Source: a bacterium (lineage in GTDB: Bacteria; Zhuqueibacterota; Zhuqueibacteria; Oceanimicrobiales; Oceanimicrobiaceae). From it: a DNA stretch of 12,810 nucleotides. Within the stretch, counting starts at the first letter, position 1. Each line of letters opens with the position of its first letter. The position numbers were made by a program, and so were the translations under genes. The notes below the pieces were generated by a model that saw only the letters and a program-made list of their open reading frames with translations, did not search any database and had not been told where the DNA came from. The stretch is from the NCBI GenBank assembly GCA_046757165.1, contig JBHHXT010000132.1, forward strand, positions 1-12,810. Direction: 5' to 3'. This document shows positions 6,608 to 12,810 of this stretch, piece after piece.

Positions 6608-7978
6608 TCATTCCAAAGGTTGCAGAGCGCTCAGCATGGTGGGGATCAATTCCGACACCGTAGGATGAATATGCACGGCACGCTGAATCAGCGTGTAAGG
6701 TTTCCGGGCATACATGACGTCCAGAATCGAATGGATGATTTCATCGCCGCCCACCCCCAGAACGGCCGCGCCGAGGATCTCGCTGGTTTCGGCATCGACC
6801 AGGATTTTCATGAACCCGTGGGTTTCGCCTTTTTCGCGTGCGCGCCCGATCGACTTCATCGATCTCTTCCCGACCAACGCTTTCCTGCCGGACGCCCGTA
6901 CTTGCGCTTCTGTCATTCCGGCCCGCCCAAGCGGCGGATCGACATACAGGCCATAGGTGAGAATCCGGTCGCTCACGCGGCGCGCATCGTTGTCCAACAA
7001 GTTGGCCGCCACGATTTCAAAATCATTGTAAGAAGTATGGGTAAACGCGCCGCGCCCGTTACAATCACCGAGGGCCCAGACGCCGGGCACGCTGGTGCGA
7101 AGCTGATCGTCGACGACGATATAGCCCCGCTCATCCACAGCGATGCCCGCTGCTTCCAATCCGAGATCGTGTGTGTTGGGCCGGCGTCCCACCGCGATCA
7201 AGAGGTGCGACCCGACGATTTCCGGCGTGTCTCCTTCGCAATCGACTTTCACCGCGATCCGGTCGCCACGCTGTTCAGCGCTGATGCACTGCGCGTTCAG
7301 GCGGATGTTGACACCTTCACTTTCCAGGATTTCCTTGACCGCTTGCGAGACGTCCTCGTCATCGCGCTGGATCAGTCGCGGGCCCATTTCGACGACAGTG
7401 ACCTCGCTGCCGAACCGCCGGTACATTTGACCAAACTCCAGGCCGATATAACTGCCGCCAATGATGATCAGGTGCTCGGGCAGGAAGTCCACTTCCATCA
7501 TGCCTGAGTTGGTGAGGTAATTGACGTTTTCGAATCCAGGTGGCACAAATGCCCGCGCGCCGACGTTGATGAAAATCTTGTCTGCTTCCAGCTTTTCCTC
7601 CCCCACGCTCACAGTGTGAGGCCCCTCGAACCGGCCCTGTCCCTGATAGACGGTCAAATTGGAGAGCTTTTTCATCCACGCCGGAACTTCATGATTGGAT
7701 CTTCCGACGATGTCGTCTTTGCGCGCTTTGACTTTCTTCATATCAACGGTGATGTCGCCCTCGACCATCACACCGAAGTCAGCAGCACGCCGCGCCATGT
7801 AGGCGGCGCGCGCACACGCCACCAGGGTTTTGGTTGGGATACAGCCCGTATTGACACAGGTGCCGCCAAACAGTTTCCGCTCGATGACAGCGACCTGCAT
7901 CCCTTCCCGCGCCAGCCTGGCGGCCAGGGAGGGCCCGGCCTGCCCGGTCCCAATAATGATTGCGTCGAATTTCTTCAT
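6608..7978 (-). CDS. Class-I pyridine nucleotide-disulfide oxidoreductase (Lpd/MerA/RclA-related FAD oxidoreductase), 456 aa
   Basis: FAD motif IIGTGQAG, redox disulfide GGTCVNTGCIPTK, NAD motif GGSYIGLE and C-terminal HPTVSE. No C-terminal Cys-Cys. RBS GGAGG. Confidence 0.92.
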   Translation of the reverse strand: MKKFDAIIIGTGQAGPSLAARLAREGMQVAVIERKLFGGTCVNTGCIPTKTLVACARAAYMARRAADFGVMVEGDITVDMKKVKARKDDIVGRSNHEVPAWMKKLSNLTVYQGQGRFEGPHTVSVGEEKLEADKIFINVGARAFVPPGFENVNYLTNSGMMEVDFLPEHLIIIGGSYIGLEFGQMYRRFGSEVTVVEMGPRLIQRDDEDVSQAVKEILESEGVNIRLNAQCISAEQRGDRIAVKVDCEGDTPEIVGSHLLIAVGRRPNTHDLGLEAAGIAVDERGYIVVDDQLRTSVPGVWALGDCNGRGAFTHTSYNDFEIVAANLLDNDARRVSDRILTYGLYVDPPLGRAGMTEAQVRASGRKALVGKRSMKSIGRAREKGETHGFMKILVDAETSEILGAAVLGVGGDEIIHSILDVMYARKPYTLIQRAVHIHPTVSELIPTMLSALQPLE

Positions 7979-8060
7979 CGTTCTCTCCTCCGTTTCTGCG
8001 ACTCTTTTTTGCCAATAGTTCAGGCGAATGACAATAATTTAATCTGACAAGTGGAACCGG

Positions 8061-8804
8061 TCACTTTCTGGCAGACTTTCGCCCCCGTATCCACATTTCA
8101 TAAAGCGGCGCCAGGGTGAGCACCATCATGGAGAGCGCCATGATGGCTCCCGCTGCAACCATCACATACACAAAGGCCGGGATATATTTGATCAAGGCGC
8201 GGGCGCCAAAATCCATGAACAAGGCGAGAAATGGCAGCGGCATAAAAAACGCCTTCATCTTCTGTCCAACGCCGCAAAACGAAAAAATAACGCTGAGACA
8301 GAAAAAGACCACGGCCAGCGACATCAGATGCGTGTGCGCAACGCGGGCCCACAAAGAGATCGGCTCTCCCCGGTCGACAACAGAGACTTCCTTCACGAGC
8401 TCATAGGTCACCAGCGGTCTCTTCCACATGAGCCGATCCGGGCGATGACAGGTCACACAGCGGCGCTCGAAGATATATTTGATCTCCTCATAGCCATCGC
8501 GGGGCGCCCCGTCCTGCAGCCAGGAAAGGATGGCTTCCTTTTCCCCGGGAAAGGGCAGGAACTGCGCCATGCTGCCCCCGTCTATTTTCGAGGCCAACAA
8601 CGTCTGGTTTCTTTGACCGTAGAAAGTTCGCCGTAGATCGTCGATCGACAGGCCCGGCTTGCCATCAGTCAGGTGATAGGTCAAATAGAGATTGACCATG
8701 GAGACGAGGTAGGCAAGACCTATCATGACAAGAAAGAGTGTAAAGACTATCTTGAGCAGTGTAGAAAGCTCGGTGAGCTCGATAGCGTTCACGTCCTGGG
8801 TCAT
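8061..8804 (-). CDS. Uncharacterised membrane protein with one CxxCH heme-c motif, 247 aa
   Basis: One N-terminal hydrophobic helix, a soluble domain with RRCVTCH, then three hydrophobic helices starting at VAHTHL. Start placed at ATG 8804 behind the strong RBS GAGGAGG. Confidence 0.82.
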   Translation of the reverse strand: MTQDVNAIELTELSTLLKIVFTLFLVMIGLAYLVSMVNLYLTYHLTDGKPGLSIDDLRRTFYGQRNQTLLASKIDGGSMAQFLPFPGEKEAILSWLQDGAPRDGYEEIKYIFERRCVTCHRPDRLMWKRPLVTYELVKEVSVVDRGEPISLWARVAHTHLMSLAVVFFCLSVIFSFCGVGQKMKAFFMPLPFLALFMDFGARALIKYIPAFVYVMVAAGAIMALSMMVLTLAPLYEMWIRGRKSARK

Positions 8805-8961
8805 GGCGCCTCCTCTGATTTTCAGGTTAGCTGCGATTAAAGCCTGAGCGGGCAAACGCGCGAGGTGAGAAGTGAAACATGTCCAAGCCTGCCATCGCAG
8901 GCGAAGTCGCGGTTCACGTTTGACGGTTCATCTTTCAAAAAGAATCGTGGAAACACGCGAA

Positions 8962-8990
8962 AAGATATGTGATCAGATGGTAAGATGCAA
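8962..8990 (-). promoter_or_regulatory. Candidate sigma70 promoter for the CxxCH membrane protein gene
   Basis: Minus strand TTGCAT (8990-8985), 17-nt spacer, TATCTT (8967-8962). Confidence 0.5.
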
Positions 8991-9038
8991 CTGATTAATC
9001 TTGTGAGACGTGAAACGGCGCACCAGAAATCAATCAGG

Positions 9039-9374
9039 CTACAACAGGCCATTCAGTTTGGCAACCAGCTCGCGTTTCGGCAACACGCCAATCGCCTGGT
9101 CAGCGATCCGGCCACGCTTGAAAAAGAACAGCGTCGGGATGGAGCGGATGCCATATTGTGCTGCCGTCGCGGCGTTTTCGTCCACGTTCAGCTTGGCGAT
9201 TTTTACTCTGCCAGCGTATTCGGAGGCGATCTCCTGCAGTACCGGTGCGATCATGTGGCAGGGTCCGCACCAGTCCGCCCAGAAATCCACCAGAACCGGC
9301 TCCTGGCTTTCCAGGACTTCGTGCCTGAAATTATCGTCGGTCAATGTCACCGTTGTTTTGATTTCAGTTGTCAT
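9039..9374 (-). CDS. trxA: Thioredoxin, 111 aa
   Basis: Active site [17 protein letters not shown] and cis-Pro motif SIPT. RBS AAGGAG. Confidence 0.96.
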   Translation of the reverse strand: MTTEIKTTVTLTDDNFRHEVLESQEPVLVDFWADWCGPCHMIAPVLQEIASEYAGRVKIAKLNVDENAATAAQYGIRSIPTLFFFKRGRIADQAIGVLPKRELVAKLNGLL

Positions 9375-9647
9375 GTCGATTCAACTCCTTTCAAGTTACT
9401 GCTTGTCTTGCCGGATGAAGTCCGGACGTCATGTTACTCGTTTGCTAATGGCTAAATAACGCAATCATGTCGACGCTTATTCCCACAATCAGCACAAAAC
9501 GCCAGTGGGGGATGTGACCAAGCTGACAGTCCATCTTTCCTTTTGATCTTTTTGTAAGAAAAGGCTAACTTTAGCGATAAGTCATGCAAAGGGCGTGTGC
9601 CCACCAGGTGTTGTCTACCTTTCACATCCTTGACCGGAGGAAAACTC

Positions 9648-10988
9648 ATGCCTGAGCCAGCCATCGCTGACCCTGTTCCTGCTGCACCTCCCAGTCGTGT
9701 TCGGACCCAGATTATCTACGATATCGAAGATATCCCACCTGTACGCGAAGCCATCCCCCTTGGCCTGCAGCACCTGGTTGCCATGTTTCTGAGCAACATC
9801 GCGGTGCCGTTGATCATCGCAAACGCCATCGGCTTGACGAATCAGGACAAGGCTTTTCTCGTGCAAGTGGCTCTGATCATGGCTGGATTGGCGACCATCA
9901 TCCAGGCCTACCCGCTCGGCCCGGTGGGGGCCCGCATCCCGATGGTGATGGGCACCAGCTTTGCTTTTGTGGCTGGCATCATCAGTATTTCCAACCAGTA
10001 CAATCTGGCCACGGCGCTGGGCGCCTGTCTGGCGGCGTCGCTGGTGGAGGTTGCCATTGGCTACAGCTACGCGAAATTCAGCCGGCTCTTCCCACCCCTG
10101 GCGACGGGCATTGTGGTGATGCTTATCGGCTTGACGCTGGTGCCTGTGGGTATGGACTATGCGGCCGGCGGCGTCGGGGCGCAAGACTACGGCTCTTTCT
10201 CAAACCTGGGGATCGCCGGGGTGGTTCTGCTCGTTACGCTCTTTATGAACCAGTATTTGAAAGGGTTTCTCGGCTATGCCAGCATGCTTATCGGTGCGCT
10301 GGTGGGCTACATCATCGCGCTCTTTTTGGGCAAGGTCAGCTACGCGCAGGTCGCGGACACAGGATGGTTCAGCGTGCCCATGCCGCTCGAATTCGGGCTC
10401 GAGTTTCATCTGGCCCCGATTGTGATGATGAGTTTTATCTACGTCGTCAGTGCGCTGGAGACGCTTGGGGACATATCGGGGACCGTGGCGGCGGTGGGCC
10501 GGCCGCCGACCAACGATGAGATGAAAGGGGGCCTGGTGGCAGATGGGGTCATGAGTGGACTCGCTGCTGTTGTTAGCGCTTTTCCCAATACCTCGTACTC
10601 ACAGAATGTCGGCCTGGTCAACTTTACCGGTGTGGCCAGCCGCCATGTAGCAGCCATCGGCGGGATGTTTCTACTGGCCCTGGGCGTCATCCCCAAAGTG
10701 GGGACCCTGGTGGCGACGATCCCGGCGGCTGTGATCGGGGGCGGCGGGCTCATCATGTTCGCCATGATCTTTGCCAGCGGCGCAGCGATTATCCATCGCA
10801 ATGTGGAGATGAACAAGCGCACGATGATCATCATCGCTGTCTCCATCGGTCTCGGACTGGGCGTCGAGTTCCGCCCGGATGTGCTGCAGAATTTTCCGCA
10901 GTGGGTGCGCACGTTGTTCGGACAGGGTCTCGTGGTTGGCGGCTTGACGGGATTTGTTCTGAATCTCATCTTTCCAGACAAATCGTGA
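9648..10988 (+). CDS. NCS2/NAT family nucleobase permease, xanthine/urate type (XanQ/PbuX-like), 446 aa
   Basis: TM1 GLQH, TM8 ETLGD, TM9 ADG and NAT signature SQNVGLVNFTG. Start moved to ATG 9648 behind GGAGG (9636-9640). Confidence 0.93.
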   Translation: MPEPAIADPVPAAPPSRVRTQIIYDIEDIPPVREAIPLGLQHLVAMFLSNIAVPLIIANAIGLTNQDKAFLVQVALIMAGLATIIQAYPLGPVGARIPMVMGTSFAFVAGIISISNQYNLATALGACLAASLVEVAIGYSYAKFSRLFPPLATGIVVMLIGLTLVPVGMDYAAGGVGAQDYGSFSNLGIAGVVLLVTLFMNQYLKGFLGYASMLIGALVGYIIALFLGKVSYAQVADTGWFSVPMPLEFGLEFHLAPIVMMSFIYVVSALETLGDISGTVAAVGRPPTNDEMKGGLVADGVMSGLAAVVSAFPNTSYSQNVGLVNFTGVASRHVAAIGGMFLLALGVIPKVGTLVATIPAAVIGGGGLIMFAMIFASGAAIIHRNVEMNKRTMIIIAVSIGLGLGVEFRPDVLQNFPQWVRTLFGQGLVVGGLTGFVLNLIFPDKS

Positions 10989-11087
10989 CTGCCGCTGCGG
11001 GGTTGAGAGAAATAATTGCAATCGGTCAGTTGCGGGTGGTGCGAGTGTCAGTCAGGAATGAGTAATTCATTGGGTGTTCACGCTTCA

Positions 11088-11220
11088 GAGCCTGTGTGAA
11101 AACATGGTAGAACAAGCCTCTGGCTTGTTAAGAAAGGTCTACGATTTAAGCTAAGTTCTTGTTTTCTTTGCAATCCATTCTCGCAAGCAAGATGCTTGCG
11201 TTACATTTTCACACAGGCTC
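11088..11220. mobile_element. Inner MITE (133 bp) with IS1182/IS5-like ends
   Basis: Perfect 15-bp TIRs GAGCCTGTGTGAAAA (11088-11102) and TTTTCACACAGGCTC (11206-11220). Non-coding. No direct target duplication. Confidence 0.8.
11107..11204. repeat. GTAG-type REP doublet inside the inner MITE
   Basis: GTAG-AACAAGCC-TCT-GGCTTGTT (11107-11129) and, on the minus strand, GTAA-CGCAAGCA-TCT-TGCTTGCG (11204-11182). Both have perfect 8-bp stems and the same loop. Confidence 0.8.
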
Positions 11221-11375
11221 TGAAGCTTGTACACCGCCACCCACCCGTAACTGACCGATTACAAATAGCTTTTTCCCTTGCATCTTATGGTGCTTTTCGT
11301 TTCTATAGGGTCAAAGGTTCCTTTTCTTGATTCATCTATCATCATCACAAAATCACAAACAGAAGGAGGTTCGCC

Positions 11376-11867
11376 ATGAAAAGCATCCCGGTCCTTTTGG
11401 TCGTTGCCGTCCTTGCCCTGTCAGCCTGCACCCAGGCAGATCACTCAACCGAAGACATGAAAGCACAAATGCGGAAGAACGTCGACGCGGTCTGGAACAA
11501 AGGAAACATGGACATCATCGACGATGTCTACGCCGCAGATTATGTGCGCCACAATCCGGCAAGCTGGGAGCCGGCCACCGTAGAAGGCGCGGCTGCATTC
11601 AAAGAATTCCTCGGCACCATTCACAGTATCTACAACAACGACTTTCATGTTGAAATCCACGACATCGTTATGGAAGGAGACATGTCAGCGTCACGATGGA
11701 CCGTCACCGGCACCCTGAAGGAAAACGGCAAAGAAGTCAAACTCGAGGGTCTCAACATGATTCGGTCGCAAGATGGTAAGATTGCCGAGGAATGGATTTC
11801 GTGGGATACGCAAGCGTACATGCAACTGATGGCCCCGGGCGAGGAGGCCGAAACGACCATGAAGTAA
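11376..11867 (+). CDS. Predicted lipoprotein with a SnoaL-like (NTF2-fold) ester cyclase domain, 163 aa
   Basis: MK, a hydrophobic stretch and lipobox LSA-C17. SnoaL-type patterns VWNKGNMDIIDDVYAADYVRH, EGD....RWTVTGT and DGKIAEEW. RBS AAGGAGG. Confidence 0.88.
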   Translation: MKSIPVLLVVAVLALSACTQADHSTEDMKAQMRKNVDAVWNKGNMDIIDDVYAADYVRHNPASWEPATVEGAAAFKEFLGTIHSIYNNDFHVEIHDIVMEGDMSASRWTVTGTLKENGKEVKLEGLNMIRSQDGKIAEEWISWDTQAYMQLMAPGEEAETTMK

Positions 11868-11895
11868 TCCTTGCAGCCAGAACAGTCATGAGATG

Positions 11896-11928
11896 GAGCC
11901 CGGAGGGACCAACCTTCGGGCTCTTCTT
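11896..11928 (+). terminator. Probable intrinsic terminator of the SnoaL-like gene
   Basis: Stem GAGCCCGGAGG / CCTTCGGGCTC (11 bp, one G-U pair), 6-nt loop, followed by TTCTT. Confidence 0.55.
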
Positions 11929-11938
11929 GAACGGCCCG

Positions 11939-11962
11939 GGAGTGAAATGCTTCAGCATTTCA
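11939..11962 (+). repeat. Solitary REP-like palindrome (GGAG foot), or an operator
   Basis: GGAG-TGAAATGC-TTCA-GCATTTCA. Perfect stem with the same GC-TTCA-GC core as the 1030-1049 hairpin. Confidence 0.45.
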
Positions 11963-12033
11963 TGCATCGCCTGAACGGTGCACGCCCATGTCAACCTGAG
12001 ACAGCATAAAATAAAATACGTATGGTTAACCCC

Positions 12034-12780
12034 ATGAAAAAAGTGAATTATCCACACTCACTTTTTTGGTCACCACGACCTGTTTTCTGAGCTTGCCCTC
12101 CTGGGGCGCCGGACAGGGAAGCCAGGCGCCAACCACGCGCGAAATGAACCTGATCACCTGGCAGGAATTCCGGGAGGTCGTTCCGGATAGAATCGAGACA
12201 GTGCTTTTGCCCGTGGGCACACTCGAGCCGCATGGCGTGCTGCCCAACGGCTCGGACAATCTGGCGCCCGAAGCGATGGCGCGCGCGCTGGCCACACGTC
12301 TCAACGCCATGATTGCGCCGACGCTCAACTACGGCGTGACCGGCAGCATGAAAGCGTTCCCGGGGGCGTTTGCCATCAGGGAAGCAGCCTACCGGCTGTT
12401 CATCGCCGACATTTTCAAAGGGCTGGCTCTGAAAACAAGTTCATGAACATCATCGTGCTCAATGGCCACGCCGGCAACAACGAGACCGCCTATGTTCAGG
12501 CGGTCGTGCCCGAGCACGTGCATCCGGAACGGTATTCGCCCCAGATGGCGACGCCCTACCCGAAAGGCAGCTCGTGGCACGCCGTCCCCTTCCCCTCTTC
12601 TATCGGCCTTTATGAGAAAGGGCAGGGCTACCCGACTTTTGATGCAAAGCAAGCCAGAGCGTATTTTGAGAAAGTGAACAACCGCGTGGCACCCTGATCG
12701 AGGAGGTGGTCAAAAAGTGGGACATGGCACAGCTTTATGGATATTCCACATTTTGTGCCAGGATGCAAAGAAAACGATAA
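12034..12780 (+). pseudogene. Creatininase/MftE-family amidohydrolase pseudogene with a signal peptide, three frameshifts and an internal deletion
   Basis: Motifs LLPVGTLEPHG...GSD, APTLNYG, IIVLNGH and HAGNNET are spread over successive frames. Shifts at about 12037-12042, 12431-12435 and 12690-12694. NGH is fused directly to AGNNETA. The last frame (TLIEEVVKKWDMAQL...) ends at TAA 12778-12780. Confidence 0.85.
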
Positions 12781-12810
12781 CATTTGCAAGAAAAACGAAA
12801 GATTTTCCCA

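Larger units (their letters stand above)
11073..11235. repeat. Interrupted copy of the 1030-1086 REP doublet, in opposite orientation
   Basis: 11220-11238 is the exact reverse complement of 1027-1045 (19/19). 11072-11088 matches the reverse complement of 1071-1087 at 16/17. Confidence 0.85.
11018..11262. mobile_element. Outer MITE-like element (245 bp) of a nested repeat cluster
   Basis: TTGCAATCGGTCAGTTGCGGGTGG (11016-11039) and CCACCCGTAACTGACCGATTACAA (11241-11264) are inverted at 22/24. Possible decayed 8-bp target duplication AAATAATT (11010-11017) / AAATAGCT (11263-11270). Confidence 0.7.

Noticed and set aside
6620..7507. 295-aa plus-strand ORF, and similar antisense ORFs (3122-3637, 9615-10184, 10439-10981, 2038-2550)
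   Set aside because: They are antisense shadows of well-supported genes in GC-rich DNA and carry no recognisable motifs.
6608..7978. merA (mercuric reductase) call
   Set aside because: No C-terminal Cys-Cys, no NmerA domain and no mer operon genes.
9460..9647. Purine riboswitch upstream of the NCS2 permease
   Set aside because: I could not find the conserved three-way-junction core or kissing loops; only a short TCTACC match.
11016..11264. CRISPR array or integron attC sites
   Set aside because: The repeats are nested and inverted, not direct repeats with spacers. There are no cas or integrase genes and no attC R-box pattern.
12431..12446. Programmed ribosomal frameshift, or a genuine two-gene split (ATGA overlap), in the creatininase
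   Set aside because: No canonical slippery heptamer. Three separate shifts plus a deletion fit decay or sequencing error better.
12725..12760. TGGCACA...TGTGCCA inverted repeat as sigma54 promoters
   Set aside because: Neither TGGCAC is followed by TTGC at the required spacing, and a 7-bp inverted repeat alone is weak evidence.

Overview
Bacterial chromosomal window, GC-rich in coding regions. From left to right: (1) a probable relic of an alpha/beta-hydrolase gene; (2) tandem CCA-less tRNA-Lys(CUU) and tRNA-Lys(UUU) genes behind a good sigma70 promoter; (3) a stand-alone Smr-domain gene; (4) a minus-strand run, in transcription order: thioredoxin, an uncharacterised membrane monoheme c-type cytochrome, a class-I flavoprotein disulfide reductase (not MerA), an FMN-binding glutamate-synthase-family protein, a plant AAE17/AAE18-like acyl-CoA synthetase, a single-domain response regulator and a macrodomain protein; (5) a plus-strand run of a xanthine-type NCS2 permease, a SnoaL-like lipoprotein and a creatininase-family pseudogene with three frameshifts and an internal deletion. 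The most unusual content is intergenic. At 11018-11262 four inverted-repeat elements are nested: an outer MITE, a REP doublet, an IS1182/IS5-like MITE and a second REP doublet. An intact copy of the interrupted doublet lies at 1030-1086, and a second TIR-wrapped REP doublet lies at 4586-4754. No transposase, integrase, CRISPR array or rRNA is present. Family assignments come from motifs recognised by eye, not from database searches.
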